Assembly (NCBI GenBank): GCA_030704615.1
Contig: CM060733.1
Span: 13,826,001 to 13,890,000 of the forward strand
Direction of reading: 5' to 3'
Source of the DNA: Takakia lepidozioides
Taxonomy: Eukaryota > Plantae > Bryophyta
DNA length: 64,000 nt
Under the pieces are notes generated by a model. The model did no database searches, was not told where the DNA came from, and saw only the letters and a list, made by a program, of their open reading frames with translations. The position numbers and the translations under genes were made by a program. Position 1 is the first letter of the stretch, and each line of letters begins with the position of its first letter. Positions 24,610-37,527 of this stretch are shown here, one piece after another.

Positions 24610-27080
24610 ATGTGTGTCTTGCAGCCCTGTGCCGACCCCATCCGTCCTGGTGTATATTGGAGGGAAGATCGTGGGTGGAACTGTATAGTGATGTTGCAGC
24701 AAAAAATATCCGCCATGCAGTCGCAAATGGGCTCAGTCAAATTGATCTTGGGACGATAGTTTCTACCGTGCACCCGAATGGTGCACGCTATGTGTTGAAT
24801 CTGTTTCTGGATCGTATGGAGCAGATGAATGTCCAGAGTGGAATGAAACGGCCAGTGAAGATTGTTGAGCTCGCCAAACCTGTGCCATCTACTCCGGCCG
24901 GCCCTACACGCCAGGTACCCCTACTTCAACAGAGAGGGTCCATGGCGTTCAATGAAATCGTGACCATAAACGTCGGACTCATCTCATGTGCTGAAATGGA
25001 GGAAATACATCTGTAGAAGTTGGAGTCGGACTCCACAACTTGAAATGTAGATCAAGCAGTTAAGCCATGTGCAGGTGTACCAATATCGTGTTTCAATTAA
25101 AGCATCGCTCTTGTGTTAGAAGCAGCGACCAGCGTTTATGTTAGTGATTTAGCGAATAAGTACTTGTTTAGAGTTTGTACTTGCTTGCGAAGCAAAAGAT
25201 TTGGATCGTGGTCGAAGTTCACCTTGTGAGACCAACGACCACATAGGATCTGGATCACAAGGTGAGATCTTCACACAGTCCTCATGTGATAAAACTCGTC
25301 ACATCACTAATGATCAGTCCAGGGGTTGTCCGGGGCTGAAAAGCTCTGGTCCGTTTTTGCATGGCTGTGCACAGTTAACTATTGAGGCGCCAGCTCCTCC
25401 AGCCGGTCCGAGTGGTTTGATTTTCCACTACAAGGACCCTCTTACAGGAAAATTTCGGGCATACGATGCAGATGTCGGCCGCGCTCTCCTAGATGCTGCG
25501 TTTGCAGGTAATTTGTACTGTATACAAACTCCCATCATGACAGCTGCCACTTCAATTATTCAGGTAAGCATGCGGACATCGCAGTGTTAATTGATCATAC
25601 ATTTGGGGTGTGAATTGCAGCTATTCAGATCTAATATTGCATTGTGCATAATTCTGAATGCCACGCGCTCACTAGCAGTGAAGGTTAAGGTTTTACAATT
25701 GAAGTTCTAGTTTTGCCGACTCTTTGTACTTAAGCCCGTCTGGATATGATATTCTTCACGTTTTGACAGGCAAGAAATCGTTGACACTCGATGTCAATCT
25801 CGACTACTGCAATGTCACTATTGTTTTTGACCTTACAACCATGAAGCAGCGTAACCAGAATACAGGAGAAGAGACAGAGTTTGTAGCCGAGATGCAGTGG
25901 GATCCGCTGCAACTTGCTTCTGTGGCCGAAGCATCTGACAAGTTTCTACGTAGAAAGGTAGTCCGGGAATACTTTCTACTTCCAAGCATTCGTTCTCGCT
26001 CCTACCAGTTGACACTATATTACTCTTGAAAGAAGCTTCTATAGATACTGTGACTGACTAAAGAGTTCAGATCTCTAAGTTTTAAACTGGGTTAGCAAGG
26101 TTTTTTTTTTGCATTGCTTGAGTACTGAACATCAGGCTGGGCACACTGTCCTAACTTGACTTAAGATGTCCCACAAAGCCTTATGAGGCGCCCTTGATGG
26201 ATTGTATGCTGTCAGTCAGAGTACGTTCTTGCTGGAAAAAAAATGGAATGTTTGCATTGGAGCACGCCTAATTGGAAACGAAGCTGAACAGGGACGCAGC
26301 ACTGTAATTATCAGTTTTGCTGAGGGACTTGGGTTGGCAGATTCTAGGCATGTTTATCGACAACTTTCGCAGTCAGGAAAACCTGGACCAAGTGATAGTT
26401 CCCTCCATGGCGCACCCTTTGAGGATCGTAACCAAACGTCGTAACCCTTTCCTCCGAATTGGGCTCCCACTGTACGAGCGATTCATGGATTCGATGGAGA
26501 CCGTTTTGATTAAACAGAAGAATGCCTTCGGGAAGACTGCCTTCGGTAAGTTTGGGTCATTCCTTCGACAATTTTTGTTTGGTACAGCATAGTATGCTTT
26601 TGTGGATTGTAGTCACCCGGAAAAGTGTCTCTCAGTGTTCAGTATGGAACCGTACTACTGCATGCCGCGCGTCTTCCCCCTCACCGTTTCGCTGACATGC
26701 ATGGAACAGATTCAATACTGCGTGCAACCAAGAAAAGTATAACTTGCCTGGCAGAAGGTGGCGTGATTAGTGATGACACGCCCATGCGCGTAGGATTTCA
26801 CGGCCAAAATTCAGGAGTGGAAGTAAATCCAATTTTCGAGAACGGCTTATCTCAGAAGAGCACAGTGGTGTGGTCGACCATGGGGGCATCAGTGCAAAAC
26901 ACTCTTGTCTACAGTAAAAGCAAGGCATTCGGTATGGGCGCCGGGCCTGTCAACTTCAAGATAATCGCTTTCCTCGTTTTGCTGGTTTCTCCAGGGCCAA
27001 CGTATGATGGCAATCTGGGGGGTTGCTTCAGCACTCAGCAAGAGTACTCGCTACCTTTTGCAGAGGTGGTCGTACGTTGA
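24610..27080 (+). CDS. Gene C: WWE-WWE-linker-PARP/ART-like protein, about 385 aa after correcting one -1 frameshift near 24680; exons 24610-24914, 25375-25507, 25770-25957, 26341-26545, 26755-27080
   Basis: Exon-for-exon homologue of gene A: MCVLQPCADP.RPGVYWRED; FHYKDPLTGKFRAYD; FDLTTMKQRNQNTG..WDP; RRNPFL..LYERF; VGFHGQ..NPIFENGL..WSTM.ASVQNTLVYS..KIIAFLVL..SLPFAEV. Introns are GT-AG. Confidence 0.8.
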
Positions 27081-27254
27081 AGCCCGAAGTTTTGAGCAAC
27101 GCAGAGCTAAGCGCAAGCGAGCATCAACTCCATAGAGCACATGTAGAATATGTAGTGAAGATCACGGTTGTTTTGTGTTTGTTGAAATCAACTTTCTTTG
27201 AAATGAGAGCGGACTTGAATGATATATATACAAGGAGCTTCTGGCACATTCCCT

Positions 27255-27700
27255 AAAGGAAAAATAACATTTTTCCCCTTTTAGAGTGCTTGAAAAGAAC
27301 AAGTCACAAGGAACTGTGCAACGGAGGGAATTTGGTGGGCTTTCCCTTGCAACCTTTTGGGAAAAAAAACCCCGTGGGTTATCCGTGGGGTTTTTTCCGT
27401 GTGTTTCTTTCCCTTCTGTGGTTTTTCTTTGATGGGTTCCACTGTGGCCTGGAGGCTTGTCCTGTCATAGTTATCCCTTCACGATTTTCCCCTGTTTGTG
27501 GTTTTTTTTTTTCCTTCTGCAGTTTTTCTTTGATGTCCCCCTTGTAATATCTCATGGTTTTCCCTTGGTGGGTTTTTGCATCCTAACGTGTGATTTTTTC
27601 CCCTTGAATAATAGATCTTTGGGTTTTTTCCCCTTTGAGATTTTCCCCGTGCGTTTTAATCCATTCCTCATGGTCGGTTGATGTTTTCCCCTGGGAACTA
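27255..27700. repeat. T/C-run-rich low-complexity sequence, possibly MITE-derived
   Basis: Recurrent ttttcccc and gggttttt motifs; similar composition at 31920-32290. Confidence 0.35.
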
Positions 27701-27727
27701 ACTCCCCTTGTGTGTGCAAAGACGATA

Positions 27728-27801
27728 ATGTCATTGCATACAGCAGCACCACTCCCTCAATTAAATGTCATGGCATACAGCAGCACCACTCCCTCAATTA
27801 A
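27728..27801 (+). repeat. tandem repeat, 2 x 37 bp
   Basis: atgtcat(t/g)gcatacagcagcaccactccctcaattaa occurs twice. Confidence 0.9.
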
Positions 27802-28179
27802 ACGTTCACAATCGAATTGCAAGTAGTAATATTCACATAATTGCGAGCGAGTGAACAATGGAAGAACAATAAAACTGTGAAACTCAAATATCCTCATCCG
27901 CTGGAGCAGGAACGCAGATTACATCCTCATCCTCCACTGGCAAAAAGCTTTAAAAAGGTTGTAAAGATCACCAAGGTTTCAGGAGAAATGCTACAAGTAT
28001 ATCCTGTTTGGTACAATATGGCAAAAGATTGAATAGTGATGCCAGTCATTGCACAATCAAAAAGTGGAGGTAACATTATTGTGGGCACAACCAAGTTGGG
28101 GCGATAACGGATGTATCGTGGAGCCATCAAAAAGCAGTCATCAGCTACAGCTGGCTGTGAAGTGAAAACCTGCACATGT

Positions 28180-31044
28180 TATAGCCAGAGACTATCCACT
28201 CTTTGCAGGTCCAGCAAGTACTTCTCCTCCCGCATTTTGTACTTCTCCTTTCTAATCAATTTTGCTCTTTCTTTTTTGCTCTTTCTTTCCACCTAACAGC
28301 ATAAATTACCAAAATATCCTTTTAAGCCTGTGTCATAATCAGCCATTATCAGATTGTTTGCATCCATGCAACAGCAACACACGGTGAGACCAGGTATCTT
28401 AGGAACCTCAAATTCCACAGCTGTATAGGTCACAACAGGATTGACCCCCCACCACCCAAGGAAACCACAAGGGGCTCTAACAACTGGGTTTTCTATAGGG
28501 AGCTTTAGACTTAGAGATCACATAAGCGACAAGCTGGAACAAGCTTACCTGACAAGATTCTTTTCGACTCCTGCTCCGCTATCACTGGGCTCAAAACTAA
28601 ACACTCGTTGCCACCTCCTCGAGGGACACCTTATAGACAGATCCTGCCATGGGCGAATCAGAAAGGCCAGTGCCACCAACCGGCACTTTACATTATAGGC
28701 CCCCATCTTCCAGCCAATGTCCAGCTCCCATAGTGCCTTTAAGACCTCTGTCATTATCTCTTTTGGATCAGATTGGGACTGTGATTGATGGTTATATTCA
28801 CAACAACCAAATCCAAAACGAAACACTTAGAAATGATGCTCAATTCTTATAAACCAAACAGGCCATAAAGTTTCAACCTCAATTTTTTGAACTAATATTG
28901 CAACATGTTGGCCTGATCCACATGGTCCTTACTGGCATGTCACCAGGTGTGACCGATAGTGCACCCCTTGACCAGGATATTGACCACTTCTAGGACAATG
29001 AGGAAGGATTCTATCTCCCCCAATTTTGTGGTGACGAAAAGTAGGTTGTTGGGTGAAACATGGCCATCAAAGTGGCTCTCAGGACTCCCCACAGTGCGGC
29101 CATGGTATTACTAACCAACCACCAGGCTTATCTGCTGGAACCTTACTGTCTCTTAACGGTTACATGGTTGGGGTGTCGATAGGGAAATATTCCATCGCGC
29201 AGATAGTGACACTGCCTGTGCTTCAAGCGTGGGTCTTCAATTGAAATCCTAGACTAGTAAATAGAACACCATCAACAAGTACATGAAATACAAGTACACT
29301 GGGGAATCTACCCTTGCATTTCGTAAGTGAGATACATGAGACAACGTCAAACGGTTTCAGGTCGACGGTTACAGCCTCCTGGAATCAAACTGTCTTGCAG
29401 ATTTGGAGAAAACTCTAGACAGATAGTGGGAGTGGGAGGATATGAAGGTGCCTGAAGACCCAAAGCCCACTTTCGCTCTGCGGCCACCTTATGTTGTAAA
29501 AGAGAAGAAGATGGACCCCGCCGATCCATACTAGCTGTATGCACTAGTACCTTCACTTAGGAAGGTCTCCCCAAGGGAGTTGAGCACATGAAATGCATGG
29601 GTAACATGGGGACCAGGTGTTCCTGCATGTCCATCCTTCTCAAAGCAATGAGTGTCAACATATAACTGACATCCAGCTATCACCATAACCATCAAATTTC
29701 TTTAGACCCATCTTCCACTGACTAACAGAAACAACATCACCTTCCTAAGGCTCACGTAGGCACCCAACAAAACTGCAAACCTGCCAAAAACATATACAAC
29801 CCAGCTTGAAAGGTCACGTGACATCTCTGAAAGAGTACTACAAATTTTGAACAGTCAAGGCAGGACATGTTGATGCAAAAGTTGTGCCAAACTAACAATA
29901 ACTCGAATGCCCTGTATGCTTAGATTCCCTTTTGTTGTAGTGACCATGTATCAAGGACAGGCTGTCAGCCTCTTTGACAATAAGATAATTGCAGCCATAG
30001 GTGGGCACAAGCTACTTACATGCCCCAGGTCCATGCTAAATGTCCATAACAAGTTCCTCATTCAGTTCAACTGCAACTCACCTTGGCTTCTTCAAACTCA
30101 GCCCCAAGATAGCCATTAGATAGACAACGCATGTTATCTAGCATTAGATAATATGCCACAGTTGCCTGCATCAGGCAAGCTAACTGTCAATGTTCCAACC
30201 TTTAATCCCAAAAAGATGCCAGTGCCCACTCGTCTGGTAAACTCCACACTTCATACAGATAATCCAACTGCGAGCAAATATGGACCAGCAGACTGACCTG
30301 CTCAGGCATAATCAGAACTATACCAGCCTTTCCGACTACATCAGTCAAGCCATGGAAATGGAGATAAAGATAAATCGAGAAATAGACCCTAGACTTAGTT
30401 GAGAAGCTACTACAAGTAGAACGAGGAATCCATGGAAGCTGCTGTCGACAGGAGAAATATATAATCAAACTCAGATTTCAGTTTTGTACAGCACCACAAC
30501 AATCACCGACTTGAAGCCATGTTATAAAGCCATGCCTACTGGAAAAAGTCTGTACATTATTTTGACACGATTAAGCAAGGAGTCAACAAGCTGAGATCGG
30601 TCGAACCCTAAAAGCACCACTTCCTGGAGAATGTCTTCATTGATCTGCACACATATTTCCGCACACGTCAACCACTACACATGTTCAAATTGTTTCTCAT
30701 AAACCAGAACAAGAATTATGACTTCCACACATAGGTAGACATGCAGGCTCTGGTAACATTTCTTTGCTCACCAGTGTTCTCTTCGAGCACAGCTGAAATC
30801 AAGTTGATAGTAACTAGCCTGCTATGGATATGTGGACACTAGATGCAACATCTCAACTTCAGCTACTCTCAGAGAGAGTGTACCTGTTAGCTTGCTGTAT
30901 GGTATTAGGAGGAGGATAACGAGGCAAATGAGATTGAAACGAAGGATGCTGGCGAACCTCAAGAATAATAACCCGCTTCATCGGGTCCACTAGTAGCATA
31001 CGTGCTCCCGGCAACAAATGGCTCGGTAGCGTGTAAATACAACC
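28180..31044 (-). pseudogene. SnRK1a: SnRK1-alpha (KIN10/SNF1-like) pseudogene: end of kinase domain, UBA and KA1, introns retained, most of the kinase domain missing
   Basis: Exon remnants: 31044-30884 GCIYTLPSHL..MLLVDPMKRV..RQHP.FQ.HLPRY; 30644-30556 INEDILQEVV..GFDR; 30165-30082 ATVAYYLMLDN..GYLGAEF; about 29635-29452 AERKWALGLQ; 28778-28549 PKEIMTEVLKAL..YNVKCR; about 28245-28180 YKMREEKYLLDLQRV. Internal deletions and stops. Confidence 0.9.
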
Positions 31045-33479
31045 CTGCACAAACAGGCACCCGCCATCTTCACCCCGCCACCTCCATCTCCGTCTGCCCG
31101 CTAGAGTTTCACTGTGACAGAGTTGAGCTCAGCCAGGGGACTTAGCCGATTCTAGCTCATCTCTTCGGCGCGCAATCTTGTCCTTACGATCCTTAGGATC
31201 TGACGGTGAGTAGTTCTGTAATCGTGCAGATCTGAGTACATCCATAGGACGATGGAGATCATCCAAGTGCTACATGCATTGGGTGCTTGTGGCAGAAAAT
31301 TTAAAGTTTCCAGGCCAGGTTTTTAGGTTTGTGAAAGCGAATTAGCTAACATAAATTTATTCTACAAGAATTTAAAGGTTAATAACTTTGTAAAATATAT
31401 ATAATTTAAATTATTTATTTCTGTATACTAAAATAATTTTCATGGTTTTATTTATAAAATCAATTTTATTTATAAAGGCTTGTCCCACCAAAAAATATAT
31501 ATATTGCAGTAAAAGGGGGCAGTGGCCCTGGTTGGATATATATATATATATATTGCAGAACAGGGGATATGGGCCCTGGAAATTTATTAATGGGAATTTT
31601 TAGAACAGGGAGGAAAAAATAAGCTCCGGGGCAGAGTTTTATTTTTATAATTCGAAAAATCGCACGAGTGGCTACAAAGTTTTGCAAAAATTAGGCATAT
31701 ATTCTATTCATCCATTCAAATTAGGACAGAATCATCCACATCCATACTGTCATCCATTCATATCATCCATATTTGGCAAATTCATCCATAATTTTTATTT
31801 GTTTTGGAGAAATTTGGCGATTTCATCCATGAAAAAACATGGAATTTCCTACGGAATATTCTTTTCTATTTTTTGAGGTCGCCATTTGGCGAAAATTCGC
31901 CAAAGAAAAACGCTGCTCCGGGGGCGTGAAGGCGCGAAACACGTGGGGAACTTCCCTTGGACGTCTTATAATAAAGTTAACCAGGGCTGCGATCCCCTGT
32001 TAACCCAAAAAAAAAAAAAAAAAAAAATCCCTGATAAACACAACAAAGGGGATTGGGACATTTTACCCCTACTCATCGTTTCCTCTTCCAGTTTCCTCCT
32101 TCAACTTTCCCTCCAGCTTTTCATAGCAAGGGATTATTAGTTGGAATGTTGCACTTTCCCTCCAAGTTTCCCTCTGATAAACATGCCAAAGGGGTTCTTT
32201 TAAGGGTTTTGTTATTTTCCATTTGTCAGGGGCCTAAAAAATTGGAACATACCCTCTTCCCAATAGAGGGGAAGTCCTAAAAGCTCCTTGTATTAATTAA
32301 TTAACTTTCCCCCAACTTTTCTCGCATGACCTTTGTAAGCGAAATTTTTTAGACCACTCTTTTATGGATTAATGAAATCCTATATTTGCGACTTTGGACC
32401 AGAGAGCTAAGGAATGTACAGAGAATGAAGCATCATCTCCGTATATCGGATTATAAGCAAGGCCTCGTTGCACCTCAGTGGGCTCAGACCCAGTAAATTT
32501 CTCCTTGTAGGTACATTAGAAATAACGGTTTGCTGGACAAACGTTGGAAAGATGCTTAACAACGCCTGGTCGCCATGGAGAAGCCCACACCCGAGGCCCG
32601 ATCTTTTACCCCGTACATCACTAATGAGAGCACAGATTGCGTAGCTGATAAAGGCGTCCACTTAGCATGGCATGCCTATGACACCCGCCCAGCCTTCAGG
32701 AAAAACGAAGAAAGGTTAGTATAGACATGTAACACTTTGGTTGTGGTTGGGTGTCCCCAAACTTGCTGGCGATTCAGGCCTGTGTTTTGCTTGACAATTC
32801 CCACAATCAACTACATCCAGTTTCGGCAAAGAAGTCCACAATCGACACCCTTACATCGGCATCTCCTAAGACTTTTGTTGTGCTTCAGTCTTTTCATTCA
32901 ATCATGTAGATAGCTTGACTGCGACACCCTGTTTTTGTGCACAAACTGGAAACAAGTTCAGGGAAGTTTTATGTTTATTTCTTTAGTGAGAGAGATAAGT
33001 GTTTGGAAACCTACACTAGCAGTCCTTCGTAAAGACCCAGCCAGGATTTTTTAGTTAGAGAGGATGGCACCTTACACGAAGGAATTTTCACGCCAGGTGA
33101 GCATGGCACCTTACGCCGCGTAAGGTTCCTCCTCTCCTCCAGAGGAAGGTACCTTACATCGCGTAAGGTTTCTGCTCTTGTGAGCCGTCCAATTTAGATG
33201 ATCCCAGCCGTCGATGGTAAAAGAAATCCTTGGCTGTGTCTTTACGCTGGGTAAGGCCCTCGGAGGGGGGCTTTCCTGAAACTCGGGGCCGCACTCGGCT
33301 ACCACCTCGTGGCAGGCCCCTTATTTCAGGAAGGCCCCCGTCCTCGGGCCTTACCCTATACATAAGACTTAGGCAATTGGGAGCTGCTGAATATCTATCT
33401 TTAGTGGTATTTGCATGCAGGCATGAGCATAGAACATTTGGGCAGGAATCCATGTTTGCAAATGCAGGGACAACAGGCT

Positions 33480-36400
33480 AGATAATTTGAGACAATCACC
33501 TACATTTCTCAAATTTCAGTTCCCAGGATAAAGAGGATATTGATCATTTTGTGAGTGAAGCTAAAATCAAGTTGGAGGCTCAATATAAGCAGAAGATATT
33601 AGCAAACAAACTATACCTTCTAAGACAGCTTATGAACATACAGATGCAGTCAGGAGACACCATGACAAGTCACATCAATGAGCTTAGAGAATTGTCACTA
33701 CAGCTAGATACAGTGGGAGAGTCAGTGAGTGATGGCATGTTAGTAATGGTTTTGTTGTTAAGCTTGCCAGAGAACTATCACAGCCTCATTACTGCTCTAG
33801 AGAGACTAGGACAGATGCTCTGATGTTGGAACTTGTAAGTGTGAGGTTGATGCATGAGGAGTTGGAGATGGAGATGAAGGCAGAAAGGACATCTTCAAGT
33901 GATGAAAAAGATTTTTATGTATAGAAGCTGAAAAGAAAACCCAAACAAGAGTCATATGGACAGAAAAACCAACAATCGCAGAAAAAGTTCAAGCGGAGAG
34001 GTATAGTAACAATTGCCATGAGCCTGGCCATTGGGTACAAGAATGCCCGCATCCAAAGAGGTCCGCAGAGAATGGGCAAGCACATACAGTTGAGAATGAT
34101 TTTGTTTCAGGTCCAGAAGCTTCAAAATCAGGGAGCTGGTATGTTGACTCTAGTGCGTCACAACATATGTCTTTTCAAAAAGAATTATTCTCAGATTTGA
34201 AGGAGATTCCTAAGACTAGGATTTACTTGGGAGATAATTCGATACAAGAGGCTGTGGGAAAGGTAGTTATTGACATGTTAGTCAATAACAAGGTAAAAAA
34301 AGGTCGTCTGCATGATGTCCTATTTGTGCCAGGTTTGGCCAAGAACCTTTTCTCAGTCAGTAAGGCTACAGCCAAGAACTTATCTGTTGAGTTTAGTAGC
34401 CGAAATTGTCAGATCAAAGATGATTCTGGAAATATCATAGCAGAAGCTGTGATGGATGGTAGACTGTACAGATTGCTTTGTAGCTCAGAGATGGCAAATG
34501 AATATGCTCATCTTGGAAGAGAGCAAAAGCAAGATGCGTCACTTTGGCACAGAAGAATGGGACATCTTAGTGTTCAGGGCTTTAGCAAATGCAAAAACTT
34601 GATCTAGTGGATGGAATAGATGTTAGGCCATGTGAGGCTAATCTACAGGGTTGCAAAGGTTGCTTGCTTGGCAAGCAAAAGAGACTTCCTTTTGCAAGTG
34701 GTGAAGCAAACAGAGCTTCTAAGCCTTTGGAGTTAGTGCACTCCGATATATGTGGACCCATGAAGAACAGCTCTTTGGGAGGCTGGGATGGCAAACTCTA
34801 CAAATTATGGGATCCTGAGAAGAGAAAGATGGTGACCAGCCGGGATGTAGTGGTATTGGAGAATACTATAGAAGTACCAGAGACTGATGAATAGATTCTG
34901 GAAACAAGCTTTAAGGAGGAGCTGCCATTAAAGATTTGGAATCTTTTGGAAATACAAGAACTAGTGGGAGAAGTGGAACAACAGGCAACTGAAGTGGAGC
35001 CCTTACCATCCATTCAACCTATAGTGGCAGAGTTGTAGCCAATGCGAGGTAAGCTCAAAGAAGAGATTTACATGCAACTTCCAGAGGGGTTGCAAGTGAA
35101 GGAGAATGAGCAAACACTTGTTTGTAGGCTTCTCAAGACTCTCTACAGGTTGAAGCAGGCACCCAGAGCTTGGTACCAGAGATTTGATAATTTCCTAGCA
35201 AAACATGGATTCCTGCGATGTGATTCTGATCTTAGAGTCTATGTTCTAGGAAGTAGAGAGAGCATTTTGATCTTGGCAGTATATGTGGATGATCTAATCT
35301 TGCTTTGCAAATCACTAAACAAGGTCAATGAAATCAAGAAGATCTTGTCTTCTGAGTTTCAAATGACAAACCTTGGGGAAGCAAAATACCTATTAGGCAT
35401 TCAGATCATAAGGGATAGAGTGCAAGAAACCATTTCACTCAGTCAGGCTCATTACATCAGCCAGATTCTTAAGAGGTTCAATATGGAGGATTGCAACCCA
35501 ATCTTTACTCCGCTGGAAGTTGGAAAAATGTTATCCAAACAACATGAGCCCCAGACAAAGGAGGAGCAGGATGAGATGACTGAGGTTCCATACTGTCAAG
35601 CTGTTAGCAGTCTAATGTATGCTATGACAGACACTAGACCAGATGTAGCAGTTGCAGTTGGAATGGTGAGTCAGTTTATGGCAAATCCAGGGATTGCTCA
35701 TTGGAAAGCAGTCAAGAGAATCTTCAGGTATTTGAAGGGGACTCAATAGATGGTTCTGCAGTTTAAGGCTGGAGCAAATGATGCTTTGGAAGACAGTTGT
35801 GATTCAGATTGGGGTGGGGACTTAGATAGTAGGAAGTCCACCACATGTTATGCCTTTACTTTGGGCAGTGGCGCAATCAGCTGGAATAGTAAAAAACAAC
35901 CTACAGTTGTTGTGTCTACTACAGAGGCTAAATACATGGCAGCTGCCCAAGCTGCAAAGGAGGCGATGTGGTTGCGAACGCTCTTGAATGAGCTGAACTT
36001 CATCCAAAAGAGGACAACCCCGATCAAGAGCGATAACCAAGGTAGCCTTGCTTTGATTAAACACCCAGTCTTTTATGCTCGAACCAAACATGTTGATATT
36101 CAGCATCATTTTGTTAGGGAGCAGTCTTTCATTATTGTAAGACAGAGAGCTGACAACTGACATTTTGACGAAAGGTGTTCCAAGACCGAAGTTGGAACAA
36201 TGCATAATACAGCTAGGGTTATGTGAACAATGAAGATTCACAAAGTGGGAGTGTTAGAGAGTTTGTTCACTTCAGTGTAACTGATGTTCCCTGAATAGCA
36301 AGTTGGATATTGTTAGATGCTTTTGTTATTCATGTCATGACAGACAGAGAAAAGGCAGAGGAGTGCAAATAGGAATAGCACTAGTTGAGGTTTGTGTATT

Positions 36401-36590
36401 TAAGTAGGCACTTTAGGCCATTGAATAAATCTCTTTCAATCTCTCTCTGGAATAAAGTGTGTCTCTCCAGTAACCCGTCTTTGTCTTTGTTTCTATGTAA
36501 TTAGCATAGTTGTATGCTACAGTATTCATCGTCTTTCCTCCCATGAAAATCCTAAAGTTAAGTCATCATGACTTCTGGTACAACCACCAG
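33480..36590 (+). mobile_element. Ty1/copia LTR retrotransposon, degenerate and internally deleted
   Basis: gag (LLLSLPENY), zinc-knuckle remnant CHEPGHWVQEC, protease WYVDSSASQHM, pre-integrase LWHRRMGH, LELVHSDICGPM, RT (LKQAPRAW, YVDDLI), RNase H (DSDWGGD..RTKHVDIQHHFVRE), PPT aagtgggag, then a TG-started 3' LTR at about 36252 (end approximate). Confidence 0.93.
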
Positions 36591-37527
36591 CTCTAAGAAG
36601 AATTCAGGTCAACATATGGTTGCTCAGCTGCCCAAATCATCATTTTCACATAAAAGTCCAAGCTCAATAGAATTAAGACATACAAGCAAAGATGAGGTCC
36701 ATTTGATCGAGAGTTGCTCAAACTCTTCAAGGTCTAGCACAATGGGAACATGGATGGATATGAGAGTATGGCTCTATGTTGTGACCATTGGAGCTCCATT
36801 GAAATTCCAATATGAGAGTCTAGCTTCTGGTGGGATGGCATACTATGGTTGGAGTACGAAGTTTCATCATACTCCGAGTTCCCTCTCCAAGCCTTCAGAG
36901 TGGTTGGACAACAGGTTTGGGAAGGTGAGGCTATCTGCATTTGGGACATGAGGAAGTGTCACTGACACTGGCACAAGTCTCTTTGGTGGCTCCAGCTCTT
37001 AATTTAATAAAAGTTTGCTTTTTATTTTGAAAAAGAAGCATAAGATTCTTATTGTTTCTATCAGTTGTTCTTCATTGTTCTAAGCAGGGCATTAACGTAT
37101 GTTGTTCAATGTTGTAACCAATCCGTTCTTCGGTGTTGTTGGAGGTCGCGGTGTTGTATAGTTGCCGAGCTGCCAACGCTTGATTTTCAGAGAAATGTCT
37201 AAAATCACCAAACTTTAGAGATAAGTCCTGCGCATTGAGGGTTGGTGAAACTGTCCTTGGATGATAGCAGAGCTAGCTCCAAAGGCGCAATCTGGTGATG
37301 GATCTGTTGTGGATGTACATAATGAAGGTCCAGGCGAGGATATAACAGGTATTGTGTTGATGATAATGCGAGGGTTGTTTCAGGTTATTCTCGAAAGTAA
37401 GTGACTGCAATTGTTCGAATGATCCTCTCGAAGACATCTTTCTTTGGAAGCAGATAGGAGCTTTGAGATATTTTATGAGTATTAGTGTCAAAAGATTGTA
37501 AATAAGAAGAGGTTTGAGGCATGCAGG

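Larger units (their letters stand above)
16438..24611. repeat. segmental duplication, copy 1 (WWE-ART cassette); copy 2 is 57889-64000+
   Basis: Colinear same-strand identity through exons, introns and intergenic DNA; 21217-23188 is absent from copy 2. Confidence 0.97.

Noticed and set aside
15207-27080. Calling genes A, B and C RCD1/SRO or PARP1-3 orthologues
   Set aside because: The ORFs stop immediately after the ART-like strand (no RST). There are no PARP zinc fingers, BRCT, WGR or regulatory domain, and A and C have tandem WWE.
27728-27801. CRISPR-like repeat
   Set aside because: Only two adjacent units with no spacer, in a eukaryotic context.
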